Notes under the pieces: generated by a model
Seen by the model: only the letters and a program-made list of their open reading frames with translations
Told to the model about the DNA's origin: nothing
The model's database searches: none
In this document: in pieces, positions 18,744 to 64,000 of the stretch
How the letters are laid out: every line of letters starts with the position of its first letter
Position numbering within the stretch: position 1 is the first letter of the stretch
Translations under genes and position numbers: made by a program
Source: Nitrospirales bacterium
GTDB taxonomy: Bacteria; Nitrospirota; Nitrospiria; Nitrospirales; UBA8639
NCBI GenBank assembly: GCA_965203295.1
Contig: CBDBCZ010000015.1
Location: forward strand, 96,001 to 160,000
Reading direction: 5' to 3'
Length of the DNA: 64,000 nucleotides

Positions 18744-21700
18744 ATGATGAAAGTTATAGTAGTATGGATTGCAAGCATCACAGTACTAGGTAAGTTGAAG
18801 TATGCATAGCTACAAGTAAATGTAATACAGACTTTACTAACATAGCTATAATATTATAATAAAATATGCTCTTTTCAGTTGGGACAGTAAGTACTCAGTG
18901 CATCATTGGCACTTCAGATGTCAACCCAACTATTCCACGCGCTAACAGTGGACAGTACATTGATCTTCAGCATCCAGCGACATGCAGGGGTAATATCACT
19001 GCTTGGCATTTCTGCTACTACACCGAAAGTATCGATGCAAATGTATACACTCTCTTTTTTCGTGTGTGGCGGTCCAGAAATACTAATAACCTTGATCTAG
19101 TTCATGAATATCAGCAGAGTTCTGGAGTGGGCGATCAGTCTCAAGCAGGCGTAGTGATTTGTGAAAATGTGACCTTGCAAGTGTCAGAATACTTTGAAGT
19201 GCTGCCAGGAGACGTAGTTGGTGTGTATGTTCCATTCCTAATTCCCACTGTGTCCATTGTTGCTAACAATGCTGTGGGATCTCAACTGCAATTTGATACC
19301 AGAGAAAATGTTGAGGCCTTCACTTCTGACAGAATCCAAACAAGGGAATTAATTGATCTTCAAGCAGTTGAAATTCATCTGTTTGCTAGAGTCGGTAAGA
19401 ACATACTAACTAGCTGTACCATTACTTCACATTGTCAGTATGCATAACAATTGTTAACTAATTTTTTTCTCCAGTACCTTCACTGCCCAATATAGCTCCA
19501 ACAGCTAGTGGAAATGGTGAAGAAAATGGAAATAGTGAAGAAAATGGAAATAGTGAAGAAAATGGAAATAGTGAAGAAAATGGAAATAGTGGAGAAAGTG
19601 GAAATGGTGGAGAAAGTGGAAATGGTGGAGGGGGTGGATCTGGTGGTACCATTGCAGCAGTCATCGTCGTGCTACTGTTAGTATCAGTAGTCGCCACTAT
19701 AGCAGTAGTGGCTGTCATTGTATACAGAAGGCGAAGGGCAAAAGTAGGTGGCCAAAAACCGAATACATTCACTTCAATAGGTGAGTTTGTATATATAGTT
19801 AGCTACTAACTGCTTAGCTACTGAGAACAAGAGTATGAAGAGTGTTACATGTACAGTAATATTAGCTGACAGTTATAATTAGCTATAGTGCTTATAAATA
19901 ACAGATGGACATTAATTTTGCTTGTATTCATGAGGTTAAACCCCATGCACATAGAAACTTCTGCTTATATTGTTTCTTGCTCTCTTCATTATACTTTCAT
20001 GCTGCAGAAAACAAAACATATACTGGTAATGGTGGACCAGATCAAATAGCCCTGGAACAGCCCCGCAACAGCTGTAACTATGAGAATACAAGCATTACAC
20101 GCAGTGTTCGGGTTTATGACATCCCTAAACCCTTAGTCAAGTCACATCATCCATATGACGTCCCCAATCCTTTGTCCCAGTCCTTGGTACTTAGTTCCAA
20201 CAATGGAGAGAGTATTGGCAGCAGTGAACAGCTCTTCAGTATGGAGGGAGTTTCTGCACTGGTAAAGTTCAGCATTCCTGTCATATAATACGAAACACAT
20301 GTAGTTTGGTTGTTGTAGTGAAACATGCATCATTAATTGTTAATTCGATCTACAGGAGGAGAGTAGCCCATATGAAATTGTTTCTTTTGATCACTTCTCT
20401 GTGGAATACCACAAGCTTCTTAAGGAGGTGGGTGGTGTGCCACACATGCATAATGTTGGCACATGTACAACCAATACACTGTAAACATTATACTTGCCCT
20501 GCAGGCAACTAAAGAAACATACGAAGATGAGAATCCTTACAGTGTTCCACCTTCAAGAGAGGAAGAAATTTATGTGGTACTCTCAAAACAGAAAATCAAG
20601 CTGGTAGCAACTGAAAGGATCGAGTATGTCCACTAATTTGGGTGCATTTAGCCTTCTAGACAATATGTTCACCTTATTATTATTCAGTCGTACACATATG
20701 CACATGCAGTGGACCCCTATAGTCTATTGTCTATTGTGGTCAGTCTGTAGTCATGAGGCTGCAATATAGGGATGGCTGTAAAACAGAGTTCCAATATGTA
20801 TGTACATAGCCGGCTGTTGTATGCAGTGATCACATTACACTGTGTGAAGAATGCTAATGTATGGTGTATTACAAATGCTCTCTGCAGAATAACCGGACAT
20901 CTTGGTTCTGGACAATTTGGGACTGTAGAGAAAGGAATATTGAAAACCAACAAAGGTCCTGTTGATGTAGCTGTGAAGACCATTGGACCCAAGATATCCG
21001 AAGAAGATAAAATCAAACTTCTCCAAGAGGCAGCCATTATGGGGCAGTTCAAGCATCCCAATATCATTCACTTGCATGGGATGGTTGCAGCAGGAAAGCT
21101 AGTAAGTATACTATAGCGTAAAAGATTTGCCAAAATGATATTCAACCGCATTATACATTTCCCAGTTTATGCTAGTGCTGGAGTATGTAGCCAAAGGAGA
21201 CCTCAAGAAATACCTTACACGACTGAGGCCAGAGTAAGCGATAAACGAATCGACCACCACAGATGGTGTAATATGGATATTCACTTTTCTTTACAATCCC
21301 ACAGCCCTGGTGAGCTAGCAGCTACAAATATGCCACAACTCCTTCTCAGCTACTCTCAGCAGATTGCATTTGGAATGCATTACCTTGCTAGCAAGGGATT
21401 TGTACATCGGGATCTGGCAGCAAGGAATATCTTGGTCTCCAAGGATGGCATATGCAAGGTTATACTCCACTATATAATTATAGCTATGTATATCTCCTCA
21501 CTCACTCTATGATCCTCAGAAGAATGGTTTTGGGAGGAATGTGCATAACTAACCTGCATGCAAGCAGGAACTGAAGCCAACTCTTCCTGCAGTTGTGCAA
21601 TTAGCTACTTACGCATTTTTAGCTGTACCTACACTTAATAACATGACAGCTAACATTGTATATACATGCATGTATTTATATTCTTATATAGATTGCTGAT

Positions 21701-22812
21701 TTTGGCATGTCTCGAGACTTAGCTGATGAAAACTACTATGCAACCCATGGTGACAAGATTCCTGTAAAGTGGACAGCTCCCGAGGCCATACATTGCAGAA
21801 AGTACTCTACTGCTAGTGATGTCTGGAGTTATGGGTGTCTACTGTATGAGATATGGAGCCTGGGTCGCAAGCCTTTTAAAGGATGCACTAATGCAAAGGT
21901 ACAATCCCACAATTTGTAGGTATGTCGCAGAGATCTTATTTTCAAACTTTACGTTTATGGAATTCTAAAGCGATTCTACTGGCAAGCCAAACAGTATTAT
22001 GTCATATGGGTCTATATGGACAGACACACAAGCAGACTTGCATTTTGATTACCAGTATCAGACATATGCTACTCTTTCTTGGTTTGCAGGCCATCCAGAA
22101 AGTTGACTCTGGCTATCGTCTTTCTCCTCCACCTGGCTGTCCCAGAGCTATTTATGAGCTGATGATCCAGTGCTGGTATCTACAGTTGTCTGTCTCTCTG
22201 TCTGTCTATTGCCATATCTCCAATCAGTGATATATCAGATATTTAATTATCCTCTCTGCATGGGAAAAAGCATCTAGTATACATGCTTGAGTTTTAGTAA
22301 CAACCGATAGCAGTTTGCAGTGTCTTGCAGTATACAAGAGCTGTTGTTGACAAGGGGATTAAGTAGCCTGTAAAGTTGTGACAAATTCACCGCTGAACAC
22401 TATGCACTACCTGACTACATTGTCTCAATAGGTTGTGAAATGCTATACTTGCAGGTTCGCCATAATAATATTTTATGGCTAAATTCTTTTCACGCTTAGG
22501 AACCCAGCTCCCTCTTCCAGACCTATCTTCAGGGATATCCTGGAAGCCATGCTACAGGATGAAGCAAAAGTTCTGAAGATCCCAGTAGATGATGCATCCA
22601 CCAATGAGCTTGCTAGCATTCTTGGCTCTCCCATAGAGGCAGGAAAATGCATGTACACTGACCTGCAACAAGAATACACGCTGTCTGATGAAAAATTTGA
22701 CAAAGATTCAGATTATGAGTTCATCGCTGGTGAACTTGGTGAACCAGATGAACAGTTAGAAAATGGTGGACCAAGTGAACATAAAGCCGCTGACGAACAA
22801 ATTTCTCAATAA
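18744..22812 (+). CDS. Receptor tyrosine kinase 2, tandem paralogue with the same 12-exon layout
   Basis: Exons 18744-18789, 18879-19394, 19475-19780, 20008-20261, 20356-20427, 20505-20623, 20888-21101, 21166-21233, 21305-21458, 21692-21898, 22090-22175 and 22500-22812. Motifs [23 protein letters not shown] followed by RRRR. Confidence 0.92.
19510..19632 (+). repeat. Coding 18-bp tandem repeat in the RTK-2 stalk (GNSEEN-type hexapeptide, ~6.5 copies)
   Basis: ggaaatagtgaagaaaat units encode [40 protein letters not shown]. Confidence 0.9.
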
Positions 22813-23718
22813 TTTGTATCATGTACATTTATGCTATGTAGTACAATGCTGTATAATATGCCTTTTGTAGCCTAGAACCACAAATTTGTACTATGTGTGG
22901 ACAGAAGCCATAACTGGAAACCAAAAAAAGGATTATTGACATACTTTGCACCCTCATATAGTCACATCCCACACATCACTGTCATTCGCATCTGCATGCA
23001 TGCTCTGAGTAGCTAGCTTGTGGGAGACTAAAAGTGGAGATTCAGGTGAGTTTACTGGGTAGCTATAGCTATAACTACTGTAATACAGATGTGATACTCT
23101 CATACCATGCCAGCTGTTATAATAGTAAATCTGTGTTGAAGGAGGCAATATATAATATAACATAGCTATAGAGTTTGCAATATGTGCTGCATGGTCATGC
23201 AAAACCTGCATTCAGTGGCATTAAGGCTGCTGTTTATAATCCACTAAGTTTAGCCTTCGAAATACACTTACTTCATCAAGAAACTTAATAAAGTAGCCTT
23301 GTGTTGTTAGTATATCACAGGCTTCTTGATAATAGCTTAGCTGTTATGAAGCACTAGTTGCATGAATACAGCGCTTTGGTACAGAAAAAATTAAAGCCAT
23401 GATTGCATAAATGTAATGCTGGTTGTAAGTACAGTAATAACTGCAAGCTCTCTCTGCATGAGTTAAGTTCAGATCGATGTGTACTGAGTATCATTTTGTG
23501 AGTGCATACTGTCAGGACAAAACATTGCTACTGCCCCTCCTTGTCCATACTATGAGGCTTCATTGCACCCAAAAGAAGATTACAGCTATGTAGTGTCCCA
23601 GGGAGCTACATAAATGGATCAATAATTTAATGTGCTGTGTGTACACAGAAGTCCTACATACATTTTCTTCTCTTTGTAGGGTGTACAGTCATAGGCAGAT
23701 TGACTGAGAGACTTCATC

Positions 23719-26700
23719 ATGCTGGCACCAATGCAAGCCATGTTACTCTCCATTGCTGGCATTCTTTCCATAAGTAGGTAGAGTTTAGTCTACAGCATAC
23801 TCATTTAGGCCATTGCTAGGTTGTAATGGCTGCAATGCAGTGTGAATCCATAATCTTCTATACTATACACAGTGGCTAATGGAGCAAGTGGAAACTGTAT
23901 CCTTGGAAATACAGAACTGAACGAAACAGATTTTTTAAACAGCAGTGGGCAGTATCTCGACTTAGAGCATCCAGCACCTTGCAATGGGAACCTCACAAGA
24001 TGGCACCTTTGTTACTACGCCTCAGATATCGACCAGACGGATACCTATGTGGTACTATTTCACATATGGCGAATGATTAATGACAGCACTTTTGAGCTTG
24101 TCAATCAGTATAAACTAAATATGACAATCGAACACTCCAGCAATGGTGATCAAACACTTCTTTGCGAAAACGTTACTTTGAGTACACCCATTGGCATAAA
24201 CAGCAATGACATACTTGGAGTTTACATCCCATTTACTTCCGATCTTGGTGGTCCTCCTCTTCATATCGTTGCACGTAACACAACTGACTTTGGACTGTTT
24301 GCAGATACAAGAACGTCAATTGCAGTTTTCACAGGTGACACCATTTCCACTAATAACTTAGAGCGTGCAACTACCCTGGGACTGCATCTTCATGCTGATA
24401 TTGGTAAGTGTACTGATTATAGCTTAGTATGCGTGATAACTAAAAATTGACAAAGAATTTTTTTTCTTTCACACAGAAGCAGCCGAGGAACTCGAATCAA
24501 CATCACAAGTACCATCCCAGCTGCATCCCACCCCATCCTTTGTTGCCCCAACATTGGCTGAACCTACAAGCTCTACTCTATCTACACAACAACAAATTGA
24601 ACCAGTAGCAACCACTTCTCCATCTGTGACTGACCTTCTCACGTCTTCTGATGTTATGTCTCCATTAGTTTCTACAGCTGCAGAAGCAGACATTGAACTT
24701 ACACTATCCACGAATGACTTTTTCGCATCAACGTTTCTGACCACAGAGATTGTTCCTCTTTCAGCAACAGAACGTCAACTGCTTCCTACACAAACTTCAG
24801 TGCAACCAATTGGAATTAGTACTTCAATGGCAGAAATGATTGGCAGTATACAAAGCATGCCACCACTAACTGAAGATACATCAACCGTGGATCTACAGAA
24901 TACACCTTTAGTAACTGTACTAGTAGAGAATTCTAAGAAGTCTCCTGCAATTGGGGTGATTGCAGCAATCATAGCTGCCTCTGTGTTGGCTACCCTGGTG
25001 ATTTCTTGCATACTCCTGGTCCTATTAGCAATTGCTTGCAAAACAAAAAAGAGAAAGAAAGAAAACGGATTTCATCCAAATGCTACATTCTATATTGGTA
25101 AGTGAATCTTAACTCTAATCTCTTAACTCACTTATAAGACAAATACATTTGCTTGTCATAGATGATGTTGTCTACGCTGGCGTGATGTCTGATGAGCTAT
25201 CCATCAAGCCTAATGAAGAAAGTCCTTTTGGTAGCAATGTGGATCCAGAACAATCAATATCGAATGCTTCAATATTGCATCAAAATGGATCAATACCAAC
25301 AGGTTCTGATCAGTTAACCGCCCAAGAGTATGAAACACCAATTTGTACATCAATATCAATCAACTCTGGAGAATTCTTGGATTCAATTGCCAACCCTAAC
25401 GCAGCTGGCCACGAAAGTAAGTACATTTCAATGCAAAGCGATTCACAGATCCTACAACAGTACTCACTGTCACGTACAAAAGAGGATAAGCAAGATAATG
25501 CAAGGACCAGCAATGCCCAAGTAAGTATTAATACATGTTTTTCAACACCCATTGCTGTAATGTAACTGTGTTCGTCTCTCCACATGCAGAGTGCCACAGA
25601 GTCTGAAATGTACTCTACTCTGAGCGATGAATCATCACAATACTATAAGCTTTTGGAACAGGTAACTACATGAATAACCTATAAACATGCTTTGAAGAAA
25701 CCATAGTATCCGATCCCATTAAGTCAATAGGATTGTAAGTGGCATCAATTATCACAAAACCATTGTTGAGTTCTATGTGATTGATCAATTTTCACTGTTT
25801 GTAAACAAGTTGGTTAGGGAAATACCTATTAAGAGAGCTTTGGAGTGCCTATATGATTACATACATAGCCATGTAAGGGTATGATACAATTACACTAATT
25901 AGCTGTATCTTTACTACATACAGGCAACAGAGGGTACATGTGAAAGTATAGATCAGTATTATGCCCCTCCTTCAAACCAACAAGAAATACTTTCAACACT
26001 TTCAAAGCAAGGAATTGAAATGATACCAAGGAAAGAAATCCAGTATGTTGATATTAGTACATGACATAAATAATTAATATCATGTACGTGCTAATAATAT
26101 ATTCCACAGTACAACCACTCATCTCGGCTCTGGCCAGTTTGGCAGTGTTGAGAAGGCCTTCTGGAAGACAATAGATGGAGTGATAGAGGTTGCTGTAAAA
26201 ACTATAAGTGCGGAGGCATTGGCAGTTGACAGGGTCAGATTTCTACAGGAGGCAGCCATTATGGGACAGTTTCGACATCCCAATGTGGCTCGCCTCAATG
26301 GAGTATCCATTGAACAAAACATTGTGAGCTAAAACTCTCATCTGTATATTAATCCACCATATGACTACTGAATTTTAACTCAAGGACTAGAAATTATACA
26401 CCAGCAGTGTAAATAAAACAAAAAAAGCATCTACAGAATAACTGGTATCACTAACACTCTCTTTGGTCCTACAGTTGATGTTGGTTCTTGAGTATTTGTC
26501 AAAGGGAGACCTTAGGAAATGCCTGGTGAAGCTGGGACGAGAGTAAGTTTCAAAAAGTTAACGAATGTGATATTCACTAATAATACGAACCATTACATTT
26601 TTGCACCCGAACAGCATATTGCCGCAAGACACTCCACAAATGCTCTTAAGCTACTCACAGCAAGTGGGGCTTGGAATGCACTATCTCGCTAGCAAAGGCT

Positions 26701-28416
26701 TTATTCACAGAGATCTTGCTGCCAGGAATGTCTTTGTAACAGAGGATAATATCTGCAAGGTACGTAGTATAGTTGCTACAGCTGTACCCATTAAAGATAG
26801 GCAAAACATACCTACTTTACCATTTACTACATATAGGTTGGAGACTTTGGTATGTCTAGAGACTTGGCTGATGCAGAATACTATATATCTCATGGTGGGA
26901 AGATTCCAGTAAGGTGGACTGCACCTGAAGCCATGTATTACAGAAAATATTCCACTGCCAGTGACATATGGAGCTATGGGTGTCTCTTGTATGAAATCTG
27001 GAGTCTCGGCAGAATGCCATTCAGGAACAGCACCAATGCTGAGGTAAAGGTTTTATGGAAGCAGCATACCGTACATAATTAGTACCAAACTATTGTTTCA
27101 AGGAATTGGATAAGTCCCGTGTTGTGTCCATGGTTGACGCTAGTCTACAAAGGACAGTGAATGTTAACATAATTTACGAGATCAAAACAAGTCTCACTCC
27201 CTTCCTTATCTCGTTCTGTAGCTGTCTCTTTCCCACCCTTTCTCCCTCCCTCATAAAGACATTGCTTAATACAGAAATGCATTGTGTAGCCGTTTATTTA
27301 TATGTGCATGGACTACAGGTCATTGAGCAAGTGGATTCCGGCTATCGTCTTCCTCCCCCGCCTGGATGCCCCAGGATTGTCTATGAACTAATGATCAAGT
27401 GCTGGTATGTAACCAATCTGCAAAACATGAATGTACAGATCCGCTAGTGAACCAGTTTCTGCTGAGCATAGTCACAGCAGATTAGCTGGCAGATTATGAA
27501 TAAGTATTGTTATAATCAGACGATCTAGGCAATGCAGCCACTGTATGATAATTAAGTACATGTAACTACAACTACCTTATAGCCTTAATGAAAATCCCTT
27601 TGGCACTACAGCAGTAATATTATGACTGGAGGTCACAACATTTGTACACACAACGTGGACACTAAAGTGTCACACTCAGGGTTGGTTCTCGGCTGCTAAG
27701 GTGTGACCTTGGGCATGCTTTAATTCACTAGGTGTGATATAAATAAGATGTCATGCATGGAGTTACATATTGTCCCAATTACAAGTAGGAAAGGGGGAAA
27801 GGTGTGACCAGGCGCTAACTGACTAAAAATACAAAAAGTGATTATGCCCTGTTCATTCTGCCAACACAGTATACTGTCTTCTGGGTTCATAATGGGCGTA
27901 CATGCTTATACGCTACATGTCTAGTACACAAAACCATATTGGGAGCATTTGGCAGTTAGTGTTGAATCCCATGCGTGACTCACTCTATTACCATTATATA
28001 AGGGCACAAATCCAATATCTGTACATGTACTTACATGTAACACCCAACTTCTCCATTACAGGCACCCCCTCCCTTCCTCTCGCCCTACTTTCAAAGATGT
28101 TCTCCGAACCCTATTACAAAAAGAAAGCAAGGTATTACTTATACCACGGAGAGATGCTCTGACTACCACACAGGCCAGCGTACTAGGGTCTCCAATTCAA
28201 GCTGGTGACTACATGTATCCGGACCTCCAGAAGACGTACACAACTGTTTCTGAAAAGAGTAGTGATTATGACCATATTACAGAACGCAAATATATTCTGT
28301 CTTTCCCCACCAGTTCGGCTGACATAGACTCCATGTACAATGACAGTGCACAACACCAGTCATACCGTTGTACACTCCTCACAAGTGACACAGAAAGTGA
28401 CTATGATTACATTTAG
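23719..28416 (+). CDS. Receptor tyrosine kinase 3, tandem paralogue with a long mucin-like stalk
   Basis: Signal exon 23719-23773, ectodomain exon 23873-24403, stalk/TM exon 24477-25097, then juxtamembrane and kinase exons ([30 protein letters not shown]); stop at 28416 after DYDYI. Confidence 0.9.
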
Positions 28417-29146
28417 TCTGCATATTAAGTATCTAGTTGTTCTGCAATAGCATACGTGTATTTCTTCCCTGAAAGAAAAATCAATATTTTGTGCAATTGT
28501 ACATGTACAAGACTATATTAACACTAAGTACTGTCAATTATTGGCCAAATGACAGTAATTTAGTACTGAAGCTACAAATTTCACTTCTCTATGTGGATGG
28601 GGAAATAAGATAGCTTCACCAATGCAGAAATGGATGCACAGGTAGACTTGGTTAGCAACATTGTTGGCTATACAATAATCATAAAAGCCTCTGTCACAGT
28701 ACACTGCTTATTGAAATAGTCATAGGTAATACATCAAAGGCTCTTGCACTGCATGTACTTATTATGAATGATAGGATGAATCTCACTTCACATATTCAGA
28801 AGGATAAATATTGCATACTTCTATCATGCATGATCCATTTTATTTAACCCCAACTTTACAAATGGAAAGTACCTATTGAATTTGCACTAGCATGCAACCA
28901 GGCTTTAATGACGGGGAGTAACATTCTTTCTCCATAGCTATCAGGGCCAAGACCATTCATCTTGCAGTAATTACTGTATGGATTGTACATCTGTACTGAA
29001 CGTGGATGCAGCAAGGGCCCAGAATGTATACATACAAGCTCTTCAAAGTTTATCAAACTGGTCCTTTGGATTACAAAATTACCTAATTGATATTACAAAG
29101 ACAGATTGATTCTATCAAATCCTATCAAAATATACACACCTGGGGG

Positions 29147-63068
<33,922 letters not shown>

Positions 63069-64000
63069 CTGTAGGGGAGAAGCAATTAAGTAGATAAATG
63101 CAAACAAACTACGTACTATTAGTACACACTTGCCATAACCAACTAGTCATGATGACCTGCATTATCACGAGTGGGTATGCTTCCTCCCCACGCCCACTGC
63201 GCAGCCTGGCCAGCCATGGAGGCTGCTGAGCTGACACAGCAGCCCCTCTCCACTGCTAGCTGACCAGCAACCACCCATAACAGGCTACACTGTAGATACT
63301 TCTTACTTTTTGGTATCAAGTGGGCAGATGGAGAGGGTGGGGTCGGTGTAGGAGAAGTTGGCATTGTGGGTGCCATTCACAGTCACTTTCAGAATTCCTG
63401 AAAAGCTCAGAGTAAAGGCTCCATGCCGTGATGGGGATACACAAATGGCTACCAGCCAGTGATCACTGTACTAGAGTCTCTGCTACTGTTCATGACATTC
63501 ACAGCAAAAGGCTAACCAAATGAATGTAGCCTAATTATCAGTCAGTAGCTGCAGTACAGTATTGCAACTCCGTATCTTACATACGTTGAGAAGACATTAT
63601 AGACTCCAAATGTGTACGATATGTATGGAACTTTTGTGTTTTTCCCTACCCAGCAAATCCTTTTGAATGGGAGTTTGAAATTAAGCTAGTTCATCTTACA
63701 ACCCTTTCCTTTTATTTCAAAGGATACGACATTGCTTGCAGTTCAGTGGCAGTTTCCAGAGTTTCCCAGTGTTGGTTAGAGGAAGAACCGTCAATTCTGT
63801 GCACCCCTGCAAAGATACGGCACGGTGAGTACTGCAGCAAACAACATGCAGTATGAGCAATTTGTACATGGGGGCCCCATTGATAGTGTTGGCTGAGCAT
63901 CGTACAAAAAAAAACAAGTCAAGAGCAAAAATAGTGAACCAATATCTTCAGCAATATTATGCACATGCCTGCCACAATTAGAAAACTGAAATATTCTTCC

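Noticed and set aside
12763..28416. True Eph receptor orthologues
   Set aside because: Only the kinase is Eph-like; there is no Cys-rich, FN3 or SAM domain, so no gene symbol was assigned.

Overview
Intron-rich animal genomic DNA, probably a demosponge (inferred from short GT-AG introns, the kinase type and the repeat content; not proven). From left to right: (1) the 3' part of an unidentified coiled-coil gene (+) whose intron is a 41-bp G-rich minisatellite repeating the splice donor; (2) HSDL2 (-, 6 exons, ends in SKL); (3) three tandem, intact 12-exon receptor tyrosine kinases (+) combining an Eph-like kinase with an unrecognised 4-Cys ectodomain and very different stalks; (4) TAF2 (-, about 27 exons, continuing past the window). 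Two large TAF2 introns carry coding DNA transposons. One is an ISL2EU-type element (THAP-DDE transposase plus SWIM-YqaJ nuclease) whose two ~430-bp TIRs each end exactly at a GTGAGT donor, apparently giving both convergent genes the same leader exon. The other is a Mutator-like transposase fused to three tandem SUMO-interacting motifs, a Ulp1-type protease and a PHD finger, nested inside a non-autonomous Helentron-like element. Several MITE/HINE families, a tRNA-derived SINE and a LINE relic are also present. All calls come from manual reading and translation; no searches were run.
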